From the IMG/VR virus record IMGVR_UViG_3300037325_000203: 64,000 bases of DNA. The stretch is one strand, 5' to 3'. Below are positions 8,354-18,650 of this stretch, in pieces; the stretch's first letter is position 1, and every line of letters starts with the position of its first letter. The stretch is from a virus. The notes below the pieces were generated by a model. The model was not told where the DNA came from, ran no database searches, and worked only from the letters and a program-made list of their open reading frames with translations. The translations under genes and the position numbers were made by a program.

Positions 8354-10381
8354 ATGAAATTAAATCAATTTAGTCAAGTGGTTGCAGAAAACAATGTATA
8401 TGCCGGGATCAATGACACTCTTGACGAGCATACGTCTCAGGTGCCGGAGCCGGGGGATACCATCCGTACAAAGAAGGTACGTATGGAAGGAAGAGTAGAA
8501 CGTCTCGGAACAAATCGCAACGGGCATGAGGAAGTATTTTTCCGACTAGCTGACGGGAGGTTGATGAGATCTTCACTGAGTAATGTCACTGTTATTGAAA
8601 AAATTACAGACGAAGAAATAGGCGAATCTATTAGGTTTGGAAATAATACTCCAGATGTTGACCATATGAACGGGCCTGTGTACAGAGGAGGAGATGCTCC
8701 GCCGATGACTAGGCAACCGCAGCAAAGTACTAATAGAAAGCAGTTTAGTGATTTTGAGAAGTGGAACTCGTATGCGCAACATATCAACAGCGAAGTCTAT
8801 GATGATAATAGTGATATTATCGGTGACAGTTATTCCAGTACATATAGATCACCCGACAACAAGATGTATGCAGAATGGAACAAAGAAAGAAAAATCGGAT
8901 TTGTAACCTTGCCAACCAACGAAGGAGTTACGGGTGGCATTGCAGGTGCAATGGCCGGGGCAGTTGTAAAAAAATCGCCCGGCGGAGCAATGTCCGGATA
9001 CAAAATCGGCAGTAGCATCCAAGACGCAGTGACAAAGGAAGGCTCTGTGGGCGGCATAAATAGATCGGCACCATCAACCGATGTCAGTTACGAAAAAGTA
9101 CTTGATGAAGTTCAGCAAAAATGGCTCGACGAGCAAATGTTATCAGAACTAAGTGTTAATAAAATGAGAGACTTCCAACAAAAAGTAAAGTCACCGGATA
9201 GATTTCGTACTGCGAGTATGAGTCAATTGAGTCGAGATGTCGAAGGAAATGCCCGCGCTTCGCGTAAAATCGCAACAAAAACAGGTGACAGACGTCGAGA
9301 CCCACCTAGAGTAGCAGTTGACGAAGCCGACATTGACTTTTCCCAAATTCTGCAACAGCAACAAAAAGAATATCAAGCAACCAAGAAGATAGCTACTGTG
9401 GATATAGCATATAACGGTTGGACTATTAGGTATCGACCAGCAGCTAAGTCCGGCGAGAAGGTTCGGTGGCAGGCGATGGATGGAAAGGATACCATCAAGG
9501 GTAAAGGCGAGGCCATGACTGATAAAGAAGCTGTGGCTGCTGCAGAGGAATATATTAAAAAGGGTGGTGGAGCAAAAAAAGAATCCAATACAAGCGTTAC
9601 AATCGACTTTAACGTAAACTTTACTAAAGAATTCGGTGATGAGTTTTATTCAAACATCATGGATGATGATGGCGTACCGGCTCTGCTGATATCATACGAG
9701 GATATGAGTGGGATGAAGCGTGCTCATACAAGAAACCAAAAGCATAAGATGACTTCCACTACCACAAGACTTACATCTATACCAATGAGTGCAACGGAAG
9801 CAAACACAGCAGGTCTTAGCCCCAACGGTCGATACTTGCTGGGATCTAAGGAAGACCTCGGTAACGGAATTTCCAAATTTCCTCTGATCTACCAAAGCAC
9901 AGTGCAGGGTAAAGGTGATATGATGAGATTGGGCCGCCCAGGGCTGACAGTTGCACATAACAGAGAGGTAACCGAAGCTTGTTGGAAAGACTATAAGCAA
10001 CTTGGTATGAAAAAGAAAGGCGGTAAGTCCGTGCCTAACTGTGTTCCTAAAACAGACGAAGCATACGAAGGTCCGTGGCAAGGGGATAGTACACAGCTTG
10101 CCAAATCTCCCAAATCCACTATGATGGGAAGTAAAGATGTCCCGTTTGATCAATTGGTGAAAGACACCATTAAGACTCATGGCCTGAAGTGGGCATTCGA
10201 TTATTATGTAAAGAAAAATGGATTATCTCCTAGGCAGTTTCAGATATTTGCTGGTCTGACCACAAAAAGGAAGAACATGCCAGAGGCAGCAAGTGCACAG
10301 ACTGCTGCCGCAACTCCTGCAAGGAGCAAAGACTCTCAGTGGAGGAAAATGGTGGGGAGATTTACAGAAGAAGGATTTTAA
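8354..10381 (+). CDS. Large modular late protein, probable head-internal polyprotein
   Basis: Late promoter, AGGA RBS, many hydrophobic-x-E sites, EACWKDYKQLGMKKKGGKSVPNCVP module seen in T4-like phage proteins. Confidence 0.6.
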   Translation: MKLNQFSQVVAENNVYAGINDTLDEHTSQVPEPGDTIRTKKVRMEGRVERLGTNRNGHEEVFFRLADGRLMRSSLSNVTVIEKITDEEIGESIRFGNNTPDVDHMNGPVYRGGDAPPMTRQPQQSTNRKQFSDFEKWNSYAQHINSEVYDDNSDIIGDSYSSTYRSPDNKMYAEWNKERKIGFVTLPTNEGVTGGIAGAMAGAVVKKSPGGAMSGYKIGSSIQDAVTKEGSVGGINRSAPSTDVSYEKVLDEVQQKWLDEQMLSELSVNKMRDFQQKVKSPDRFRTASMSQLSRDVEGNARASRKIATKTGDRRRDPPRVAVDEADIDFSQILQQQQKEYQATKKIATVDIAYNGWTIRYRPAAKSGEKVRWQAMDGKDTIKGKGEAMTDKEAVAAAEEYIKKGGGAKKESNTSVTIDFNVNFTKEFGDEFYSNIMDDDGVPALLISYEDMSGMKRAHTRNQKHKMTSTTTRLTSIPMSATEANTAGLSPNGRYLLGSKEDLGNGISKFPLIYQSTVQGKGDMMRLGRPGLTVAHNREVTEACWKDYKQLGMKKKGGKSVPNCVPKTDEAYEGPWQGDSTQLAKSPKSTMMGSKDVPFDQLVKDTIKTHGLKWAFDYYVKKNGLSPRQFQIFAGLTTKRKNMPEAASAQTAAATPARSKDSQWRKMVGRFTEEGF

Positions 10382-10389
10382 ATGATCGT

Positions 10390-10422
10390 AAGAAAAGGGT
10401 AGTTAAACTACCCTTTTCTTTT
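10390..10422. terminator. Bidirectional intrinsic terminator between convergent genes
   Basis: AAGAAAAGGGTAGTT-A-AACTACCCTTTTCTT. Confidence 0.85.
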
Positions 10423-10432
10423 GACAACATAA

Positions 10433-11821
10433 TCAACGCACAGGCATGTTGGATCGTTCACGAATCTCTTCAAATGTAGTTTCATTTACAACTCTGCCGT
10501 CGACGTAGCGAGTAATCAGGTAATCTACTACATCTTTACCGTATGCAAGTCGATTGGTAACAAATTTTCCACTGTCGTCAATGTTGAGCATGAGCCTTCC
10601 TTTCTTGCTTCTCTTCATTTTAGAAGTAATAGGGTCCTTATACACGTCTACCCATTCCCCGTTAATGAATGCTGCTGAACACTTCATTGCAAACTCCAGC
10701 GTGTCGCGGTTTACTATTTGCAGCAAGGCGCCGCCTTGACCAAACGCCACGTTATCGGCACTATATCCTGCAACTTGCATGCAAAACAAGATAGAGTGGA
10801 TCATCGCATGGTCAATACCGTCCCCTTGGATGATTCGGACGTTGTTTAGTACTCTAAACCCCTTACTGTTAACTACATGTCCGAAGTGCTTATCCAAAAT
10901 ACGCAGACATTCGACTACCACCTGACTGGGATTTCCGCTGTCGGGTCGGATCACCACAACTGCGCCGCTGTCAATGACTTGCTGTTTCAGTTCGCCACCC
11001 CAAATCTTATCACATGCATTGAAAATGTCATAACTGTCACTAACAAACGCCACTGGCTGTCCCGGCTTGCCGTATAGCCTCAGCATGTTAGAGTACGACG
11101 CTGCTTCGTTTTCCCTGCCCCAACTGGTGACAGTGCTATGTTCCATTGCAGGAATGCTAAACCCGGACACCGGTGCATCATAGTATTCCATTGCAGCCAT
11201 TACTCCAGACACTGTGTCTGTGCCCATAAAGTTTACCAAGTGGGCCATACCACCGAGTGCAGCACTTTCCATACTAGATACGCCGCGAGCGCCAAAGTCA
11301 TGTAATTTGAAGTTGATGTCCCCGGAAGTACCTGTCTTCTCCAACGCGTCGAGGATCATATCCTTGCTGATTCGACTGTTAGTTGCTACGGTTGTCGGGT
11401 ACCAGATTGCTCGAAGCAGTGCAGTTTCTAAGAAACTAGTGAGCCAGTAGCACCTAGGATCGGTATTAACTACAGACACAAGGACGTTCTTTAGATACAT
11501 AACGCTGCCTTCGTCTACCGACTTAATCTCCACCGGCAGATACCCACCCAGGGTGTTTACGATGTACATCCAGTCATCATAGTTAAATGGCTCACCATGA
11601 AGTGCCATAACGTCGCGTGCTTGCTCGACCATTGCGCGTGTAACGGGAGTAGTCATGTACTCGCGGATGAATGCTTGCACACCCATGAATACTAACTTGT
11701 TGTATTTTCCACCGCGTGATTCAATATATGAATATACGTACTTAGTGCCTTCTGGATATTGTTTCCATTGGCTGTACTTGTAACTGTCTGAATTTAATAC
11801 AATGTTTTTTGCGAATTTCAT
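10433..11821 (-). CDS. nadV: Nicotinamide phosphoribosyltransferase (NAMPT)
   Basis: DSYKYS, LHDFGARG, PAMEHS, VSDSYD, IRPDSG, IIQGDG, FGQGG, FAMKCS, KDP...SKKG. Confidence 0.96.
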   Translation of the reverse strand: MKFAKNIVLNSDSYKYSQWKQYPEGTKYVYSYIESRGGKYNKLVFMGVQAFIREYMTTPVTRAMVEQARDVMALHGEPFNYDDWMYIVNTLGGYLPVEIKSVDEGSVMYLKNVLVSVVNTDPRCYWLTSFLETALLRAIWYPTTVATNSRISKDMILDALEKTGTSGDINFKLHDFGARGVSSMESAALGGMAHLVNFMGTDTVSGVMAAMEYYDAPVSGFSIPAMEHSTVTSWGRENEAASYSNMLRLYGKPGQPVAFVSDSYDIFNACDKIWGGELKQQVIDSGAVVVIRPDSGNPSQVVVECLRILDKHFGHVVNSKGFRVLNNVRIIQGDGIDHAMIHSILFCMQVAGYSADNVAFGQGGALLQIVNRDTLEFAMKCSAAFINGEWVDVYKDPITSKMKRSKKGRLMLNIDDSGKFVTNRLAYGKDVVDYLITRYVDGRVVNETTFEEIRERSNMPVR

Positions 11822-11871
11822 AATGATAATCTCCTTATCGTTAATTGCCCAACTCTCTGTTAGGACTTCCT

Positions 11872-12102
11872 CTATATTAATACTGACTTCAGTATTAATA
11901 CAACCTTTTCCTCATCGGATATATGCCATGATGTGCATATACCCATGCGATTTTTTAAATCGTGTGCTATATTACCGGAAATAGAATAGATCTTGTCTGC
12001 ATTGGAAGCTCGGTTCCGCTTTGCGTGGACATAAGGCCAACAAAACTCCAGTCCTGTGATATTTTCTCTACAAAGCAATGCCGGGGCCATCCCGCTATTC
12101 AC
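11872..12102 (-). CDS. Hypothetical protein (possibly decayed)
   Basis: Fills the gap on the coding strand; weak start. Confidence 0.3.
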   Translation of the reverse strand: MNSGMAPALLCRENITGLEFCWPYVHAKRNRASNADKIYSISGNIAHDLKNRMGICTSWHISDEEKVVLILKSVLI

Positions 12103-12128
12103 AACACTTGTGGAGTATTCATAGATAA

Positions 12129-12449
12129 TTATTTTGACTTAATTGCTGCCAATTCATCCGGAGTAAGTCTTGCAAGGACTGCTACTTTAAGTACCCTTAG
12201 TCTTTCTTTCTCTCGGTCCGCGGCTTCGTATTTGGCAATTCTTGCTTTTTCTCTCTTGTCTGCCGCCTTGTGATTGGACCACCACTCATGGATTTCTGGA
12301 TCTTTTAGTAACAAAAATTCTGCACCGTCGTTCGTATCCTCGATATGCTGCAAGGCTTTGCATGCAATTCTGGAAAGCATGTTATTTAAATTCCGCAAGG
12401 TAGTGGGCAGGTCACTATTGTTATCTTCTTCGTAACTACGACATGGCAT
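12129..12449 (-). CDS. Hypothetical protein
   Basis: AAGGAG RBS; MPC...WWxxH pattern. Confidence 0.75.
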   Translation of the reverse strand: MPCRSYEEDNNSDLPTTLRNLNNMLSRIACKALQHIEDTNDGAEFLLLKDPEIHEWWSNHKAADKREKARIAKYEAADREKERLRVLKVAVLARLTPDELAAIKSK

Positions 12450-12483
12450 GTTAATCTCCTTAAATTAGCCGATCTACGGTTTA

Positions 12484-12723
12484 TTAATTACTATCTCTGA
12501 TTGGGACACTTTTGCTAATTTGGCAGCAGTGCGCCAATGAAAATGCAATAGCATCCTGTTCTATTTCAAATTTTAAATGGGAGTGGACAAGATCGGTATC
12601 TCTATCGTTCCATCCGCCACTAAAATAGTCCACTTCTATTGCCCCACTCTGTAGGAGCCATTTGCCCAGCTCAGCATGATCTTTTCGCCCATTCAGCCGA
12701 GGTATTTTGACATAATAACTCAT
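12484..12723 (-). CDS. Small hypothetical protein (F..xDA.AFSL family)
   Basis: Start moved to MSYYVKIP with AAGGA RBS; C-terminal FEIEQDAIAFSL resembles 43814..44008. Confidence 0.6.
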   Translation of the reverse strand: MSYYVKIPRLNGRKDHAELGKWLLQSGAIEVDYFSGGWNDRDTDLVHSHLKFEIEQDAIAFSLAHCCQISKSVPIRDSN

Positions 12724-12733
12724 TTCTGATCCT

Positions 12734-13777
12734 TTATTTACGGCTGCGCGCCACCATTGTTTCAATGATATGTGCATGATCGCCGTAGAGCTGTTCGGCA
12801 ATCTCTGATACTTCAGCTAATGTAAACCACTTTGCAATTTTTGCATCATCACTACCTTTAACCCTTGGTAATGTACCATCACCGCCGTCTAGTTCGATTA
12901 GATATGCATGAGTAATTACTCGGCCTCGGAGATCTCGATCCGGATGATCAAACTTCGTATCGTAAGTAATTGCCTTACGCAATACAATCTCAGGAACCTT
13001 AATTTTAGTTTCTTCACGAAGTTCTCTGATAACACCGTCTTCTAGAGTCTCTCTGGGATTAAGGAAGCCTCCGGGAAGTGCCCATAGGCCCCGTCCCGGA
13101 GAGTGCCCTCGTTGGATGAGCAGGATATGCCCGCCTTGAACCACAACTGCATCTACAGTATGCATGATACTAGGAAATTTCTTAGGATCATACCCCTTAT
13201 AGAAATTATATTCCTCAATTAGGTCTTTAAACCCAGCGTCAGTGGTGAATTTGGTCAAACAGTCGAATACTGTCGCCGGAACTGCTCCGCGAATAAAATC
13301 TAAGTGTCCTTCGAACAGGAGTTCTCGAATTTTTGTGGCATCGATAGGCACAGATCCTACTTCGACAAATCCGCCCACATCAATAAAGTCCCATGCAGGG
13401 AATGCGTGATTGTACCAGCTAGAGTCATCCTTATCGTACCCCATGATACAAATCTGGCTATCACTTACGTCTAAACTATCACCTTTTACCACCCGCTGAA
13501 CTTCTCGAATCCAGTTATTGTTGCTGTATTTGTGATCCCTAAGCGGATAGGTTTCGAAGTTTCTGAAGGGAGACTCACGCAATAGTGTGTGAGTAATAAT
13601 TGTACTGCGCTGATCGTAGGTCAGAGGATTCTTAGGTGTGGATGGCTGGAAGGAACTTCCAATTAAAAATAACACACGATCGGCAATGCCGAATGCATGC
13701 TTTAAGTTACGGAGATGTCCGTTGTGAAATGGCTCGAATCTGCCGATAAGTACGGCTACTTTATATTTCTTTGTCAT
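12734..13777 (-). CDS. nadM: Bifunctional NMN adenylyltransferase / ADP-ribose Nudix hydrolase (NadM-Nudix, NatV)
   Basis: [13 protein letters not shown], Nudix box [38 protein letters not shown]. Confidence 0.95.
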   Translation of the reverse strand: MTKKYKVAVLIGRFEPFHNGHLRNLKHAFGIADRVLFLIGSSFQPSTPKNPLTYDQRSTIITHTLLRESPFRNFETYPLRDHKYSNNNWIREVQRVVKGDSLDVSDSQICIMGYDKDDSSWYNHAFPAWDFIDVGGFVEVGSVPIDATKIRELLFEGHLDFIRGAVPATVFDCLTKFTTDAGFKDLIEEYNFYKGYDPKKFPSIMHTVDAVVVQGGHILLIQRGHSPGRGLWALPGGFLNPRETLEDGVIRELREETKIKVPEIVLRKAITYDTKFDHPDRDLRGRVITHAYLIELDGGDGTLPRVKGSDDAKIAKWFTLAEVSEIAEQLYGDHAHIIETMVARSRK

Positions 13778-13872
13778 ATTTGGCTCCCAAATAAGGTTGA
13801 TTAGTAGAAGTCTGTCTCTACTTTGTATTTAGCATTTACTTTAACATTTACCAACAATGTTAGTCAACATTG

Positions 13873-14166
13873 TCAACAGTCGCCCTTGAGTCTGTTAACT
13901 ATTTTCTGTGCATCTTTGTCTATCATATCTTTATATGCTCTCCATGCACTGATATTGGCTCTGCATAGGTAAACAATCACCATAGTAACCACTACAAGGA
14001 TCGCAAGTAAACCACACAAAACAACCATGTACACTACACCTACAAAACCACCTAATACCGCCGAAACAGTTATACAGAGTGTAAGTAGAATAAGTTCCAA
14101 CGTCATCTGGGCATCTGATCCCATATGCTTCCACCAAAATGGTATAAATTTAGATATACTTTTCAT
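13873..14166 (-). CDS. Small two-TM membrane protein
   Basis: Hydrophobic segments; WW near N-terminus and LKG end shared with the neighbour. Confidence 0.65.
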   Translation of the reverse strand: MKSISKFIPFWWKHMGSDAQMTLELILLTLCITVSAVLGGFVGVVYMVVLCGLLAILVVVTMVIVYLCRANISAWRAYKDMIDKDAQKIVNRLKGDC

Positions 14167-14453
14167 AGTTTCCCTTTCAGTTTTAAAATAATTATTTCAG
14201 CTTCGGTAGGATTCTCTTCCCTGTATATAGAATACTGGCGCCGAGCCGTCTCGATCAGCGTTCGAATGCCCACATATGATATTACGAGGGACATAGGTGC
14301 ATATAACAGAAATATGGAATTTGCGCCTAACCAGCCGCCGGGCCCTGCAGCTACGAGTGCTATCCCAATAATTATAGTTGGTAATATGATCGAGGACGTC
14401 GATTGCGTAATACCATCCAGGCGTTCCCACCACCATCTCATAAACTTAAACAT
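14163..14453 (-). CDS. Small two-TM membrane protein
   Basis: Overlaps flanking genes; probable paralog of 13873..14166. Confidence 0.65.
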   Translation of the reverse strand: MFKFMRWWWERLDGITQSTSSIILPTIIIGIALVAAGPGGWLGANSIFLLYAPMSLVISYVGIRTLIETARRQYSIYREENPTEAEIIILKLKGKL

Positions 14454-14775
14454 CTTCTTCCCCGGGTGTACATTCTATGATCTCGATGAAATCATCTTCC
14501 AATAACAGCACTAGTTCAGAACTTTCGGTCGATTTCGGAAATGGAAGCGGTATCGACCCTTCCTTATGTTTTTCGTACTTGTATTTAGGAACAATGTTAG
14601 CCGAGACAAATTTCCCGGTGGACTCGGCTAACATTAATTCCGTGTAAGCACTGTTCGGCACTTCGGCATAGTCGTAAGTTGCTCCGCCCTTAAAAGTAAT
14701 ACTCAAGACCTGAGTAGAAACATCATATGCAGCCGACTTTATAGAAGAACTACGTTCAAACATGATTTTTGTCAT
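14446..14775 (-). CDS. KTSC-domain protein
   Basis: SSSIKSAAYD...LSITFKGGATYDYAEVP...L..AES.GKF...I. Confidence 0.9.
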   Translation of the reverse strand: MTKIMFERSSSIKSAAYDVSTQVLSITFKGGATYDYAEVPNSAYTELMLAESTGKFVSANIVPKYKYEKHKEGSIPLPFPKSTESSELVLLLEDDFIEIIECTPGEEDV

Positions 14776-15533
14776 TTAAACTCCATAAATTTGTCTAATT
14801 TAAACACAGATTTGCTGTGCAAAACAACCGCACCAGACAAAAATCCGCCCTTGCCGCAGCCCGTGTCCAAAAAGACTGTCTTTCCACCACTCGAGCTCTC
14901 GACTATCATAGGTTCTGTTATAGAAACATTGTTAATGGGTTTTCTGTCATGCCCTACAATGATAGTTTTACCTGACGGAACTTCTTCGATCCAGTTGTAT
15001 AACCTGATTGGATACCCATCTTCGTCTAGTTCGTTCACAGTCTCGCCGTATAAGAATCTAGAAGTTGCTTTTCCACCGATGTTAATCGGGTCTGCCCACA
15101 AACATGGATGAGATGCGGCGTGGACCAATCTTATGTCACCGAACTTGTGAAATGCCCCGGCCAACATACTATCTTCTACTACAGAAGTGTACATGTCTAA
15201 AAATTTCTGTCGTCTGTCTGGGCCCACTAACTCTAAAGTCCGGCGGTTGTCGTCAGAACATGTAACAGTTCTGCCTTTGTGCAACCGCACAAACTTACTA
15301 TCATGGTTGCCCACTGTCATTCCAGCATGGCCAGAGTCCATTCGTTCATACATGGCTTCTATTACTTCGTATGGGCTATCTCCACGGTCGACTAAATCGC
15401 CTAAGGACATAAAAAAGAAATTTTCACTGATTGCAAAATCCAATGCCATACTGAAAGATCGGAAGTCGGAATGGACATCTCCCACTACCAACATACCGTC
15501 ATAGCTACTTACATGGTCTTCTAAACTAAACAT
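14772..15533 (-). CDS. Calcineurin-like metallophosphoesterase (Pnkp/PrpE-type)
   Basis: GDVH, GDLVDRG, GNHD, VHA, LYGET..ELDEDGYPIR..W, VGH, DTG. Confidence 0.9.
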   Translation of the reverse strand: MFSLEDHVSSYDGMLVVGDVHSDFRSFSMALDFAISENFFFMSLGDLVDRGDSPYEVIEAMYERMDSGHAGMTVGNHDSKFVRLHKGRTVTCSDDNRRTLELVGPDRRQKFLDMYTSVVEDSMLAGAFHKFGDIRLVHAASHPCLWADPINIGGKATSRFLYGETVNELDEDGYPIRLYNWIEEVPSGKTIIVGHDRKPINNVSITEPMIVESSSGGKTVFLDTGCGKGGFLSGAVVLHSKSVFKLDKFMEFK

Positions 15534-15549
15534 TTAATTCCTTCTAAAT

Positions 15550-16308
15550 TTACGTCCAAAGTGCCTCTCGAATTTTAATGAGGCGTATTAACATTTCGCT
15601 ATCTTCTTCATCCCATTTTTTTTCTAAAATACCTATGTCATCCATCACCATATTATGCTCTATATAATCTGCTGCAGATTTGTCAAAATCGTCGTCTATA
15701 CAGGCTAGCATACCAAGTTGTTGGTTGTCATATCCGAGTATTGTGGGGTATTTCCTGCCTGGCCGGTTAATCCACCAAGTGTATAGAACCATCATCTCTC
15801 TGGCGGCAACGGCCTGGTGATTGCATCTCTCGTTCAGCGGCAGCGCTGGGTCATCTAGGGAAGCAGCCCACTCCAGATGTTTTATACCTAACTCAGCAGA
15901 ACTCCAGTTTCTAAACAAAATACCCGAAGGAACAAATATGTGCCACCATTTTCTATGTTCAGTGTGGTCATATTGACTCCATGCTTGCTCTACTTCGATG
16001 AAGTGTTTAAACAGATTAAAGTTTACATTCAATATTTGCTGAGACACCGAGTAATATCCCGGTGAAAGCCCTGTGTCTAAGATATGGTACTTATCATAGG
16101 TTCTGTATCGAACATATTCGCTTACCGCCGAGTACATGTGCATGGTCTTATGCCGAATGGGCATTCGCACATAGTGTTTGATCCAATACCTAATCGGAGC
16201 ATTTTCTTTATATTCTGCCTTAAATAATCTCCATCCCTTACTCGTTAAGGAGCACGGCGGATTATAATTCAGCCAGGCTCCTAGTTTCTGTAAGTTTTTT
16301 TTAAACAT
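15550..16308 (-). CDS. Hypothetical protein
   Basis: 252-aa Trp-rich ORF directly under a sigma70 promoter. Confidence 0.75.
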   Translation of the reverse strand: MFKKNLQKLGAWLNYNPPCSLTSKGWRLFKAEYKENAPIRYWIKHYVRMPIRHKTMHMYSAVSEYVRYRTYDKYHILDTGLSPGYYSVSQQILNVNFNLFKHFIEVEQAWSQYDHTEHRKWWHIFVPSGILFRNWSSAELGIKHLEWAASLDDPALPLNERCNHQAVAAREMMVLYTWWINRPGRKYPTILGYDNQQLGMLACIDDDFDKSAADYIEHNMVMDDIGILEKKWDEEDSEMLIRLIKIREALWT

Positions 16309-16313
16309 GCCAC

Positions 16314-16342
16314 ATTATATCTGGCATGTTACGCAGAGTCAA
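16314..16342 (-). promoter_or_regulatory. sigma70 promoter, probably leaderless transcript
   Basis: TTGACT-N17-TATAAT, 5 nt before ATG 16308. Confidence 0.75.
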
Positions 16343-16349
16343 CAGGATG

Positions 16350-16541
16350 TTAAGTTATTCCCCTAGAGACAAAAGAATTTAGTTTATCTGCTTCTGCTAT
16401 CACTTCTTCGGTAGTTGGCGACGTTTGTTGATTATTACCGTTGGCAACATCAGCAGCAAGATGTTTTGCTGAAAGTACATCAAGTGATAGTTGCAAGAGT
16501 CTAAGTCTAATTTCGTATGGGGTCATGTTAATTGTTTTCAT
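16350..16541 (-). CDS. Small conserved phage protein
   Basis: MTPYEIRLxLL...PT.EEVI..A.KL..FVS pattern common in T4-like phages. Confidence 0.7.
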   Translation of the reverse strand: MKTINMTPYEIRLRLLQLSLDVLSAKHLAADVANGNNQQTSPTTEEVIAEADKLNSFVSRGIT

Positions 16542-16548
16542 TAATGTG

Positions 16549-16860
16549 TTATTTTATAATCGAGCCTTTTTGGGGTAATGCTATGCCAGTGGTCACACTT
16601 TCATATTGCCCTTCGAGCTCTGCAACTGGATCAGTTTTAACTAATACCGATGCTTTGTTAAGAGGTAATGCCTTTTTTGGATCTGCCATCATTAAAAATG
16701 GGGCAAATTGCATACCTTTCTGGGTAGCAACCATACATAATGGCTGCTCGATAAGCCAAGCCATAGGCATTTCTCCTACGACCTTACAAATCATTTCTTC
16801 TCCTGTGCTTACTTTGAATACTGAAATATAAGGAAAGTCTTTCTGTGGTTGTGTTAGCAT
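16549..16860 (-). CDS. Sm-like fold phage protein
   Basis: FKVSTGEEMICK...P...FAPF pattern. Confidence 0.6.
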   Translation of the reverse strand: MLTQPQKDFPYISVFKVSTGEEMICKVVGEMPMAWLIEQPLCMVATQKGMQFAPFLMMADPKKALPLNKASVLVKTDPVAELEGQYESVTTGIALPQKGSIIK

Positions 16861-16871
16861 TTATTTTCTCT

Positions 16872-18650
16872 TTATGTTGTTTTAGATTTATTCCAAATAT
16901 AGGCGTTTGTACCGCAGTCCCAAACCCTATCAAACCCATTGGCTTGCATGTTCTGCCATTCGGTAAGCAACGGGTCATATGTAGATGATACGTCGACAAG
17001 CTTATGTTTTTGATATTTTACACGATTCTCGAATTTTATGTAATCTTTCGTATACAAATAGGACGGCGGGCTAACATGAGAAAAATTAAATCCTATTAAT
17101 TCATACATGTTGCCGGTATTTCTCATCTTATCCGAGTAAGATATAACACTCAAAGGATTGCAGCGTTTAACAAAATTCTTAAATAGTCTAGATGCGCCGC
17201 CGACTACATTTGTAAATTGCAACGAACAGTACCTTAACAACTCGTAATCCACATTCTTGTTAAATCTAGATTTACCAAATGTCATTATTGCCGTCAGTAC
17301 ATTGTCATTGTATAGCCCTAAATTTATGGCAGACGGGCAGTTCCCCTGGATATGATTATTATTTAAAAATTCTGCTGTATTAAACTTCGACACCACAGAT
17401 AGCTCGCACTTTCGAGCATAAATTCGCAAATTTAAGCCTAGTCTCGAAGATATTCGAGACTTGATCAGCTCTTGTTTTTTTTTCCACTCATGCTCCCATA
17501 TGTGAATTAGCTCTATGCCGGCATCGGTGCATGCTTTAGTTTTTGTTAAGTGATAATTTTTGTCTTTTCCATTTAGTTCGCTATGCCAATATGACCCGTT
17601 ACACTCGACAGCAATTTTTAAGTCCGGGAGATAGATATCCAACTCCCCCGGACTAATAACTGTTTTCGTATTTAATACAATGTCGCAATCTGTAATGCCA
17701 GTAATGTAATGTTTTACACTTTGTTCAAATAACGAATTGCTGTGTTTTTTGTAAATTAATCCGTGTTTAGTAAAATATTGAGATACTGTCCTGACTGTTA
17801 CACTAAGTTCGTCTGCGATAGATGATATGCTTTTTGTGGAATTTTCGTTAGTTAACCACGTTGCAGATTGTAATTTATCAAGTGTACCGGGCTGCAATGA
17901 TATTTGCCCTGGATTCATCACCGTGTGCGTATTATATAATGTTGCCTGCATTTTACTTAACACAGCAGGCGACGATGCAGGCGATGGTCCGTCGTATCTG
18001 GATATATTTGTATTCCTTATTTGCTCTCTAATTGACGAGTCGTGCATAACGTTATCGACACCGTACTTATTTAAAATTGTCTGTTTTGATTTATTTGTGA
18101 TTTCGGTATTATGAAATACGCAACTGTTGCCGTACCGTTCATAATTTGTAGCACGAATCTTTTCTAATAACTCGGGAGAGTGCACAGCATGTTCTACGCC
18201 GTACCTGTCGAGCATTGTTTTTTTTACTTTAGCTGCTACTGCCGTTGATTTTCTGGGATTATCGACTCCATACTTAATAAGGCAGGTCTCGCGGGTAGCA
18301 GATCTGACAGATGTATCCATACGGGCGCATTTAACCGAGCAAAATCGGTTATAGCAGGACGTTTGGGATTTCCATTTAGTATTTTTACCACATGCACATG
18401 TCGGTATAGCCGATATCCCTTGCTTTATGTGCTGAAATGCTACACCTAATTTGTCTATCCCTAGTTCCCTGGCATATTCTAGGACTTCTTTGTATAACCG
18501 GACATTTGATCTAAGTAATGGCACGTTTAAAGCACCATTACTTTTCACATGTGATGGTATCAATGAATTATATAATTCAGAAATTGTCCCATCCATCGAC
18601 CGCCTCGCTCCTAGAATATTCTGTAACTTTAGTTTCGAAAAAGTTTTCAC
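16872..18650 (-). mobile_element. Putative homing endonuclease: KYGV repeats + Vsr-like nuclease + Mom-like GNAT C-terminus
   Basis: KYGVDNP repeats; ELDIYLP..AVECNGSYWH..IHIWE; IYARKC..H.QG..MTFG..ELLR..GASRL..SYSD..WDCG. Overlaps nrdB 3' end; start may be 18596. Confidence 0.75.
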
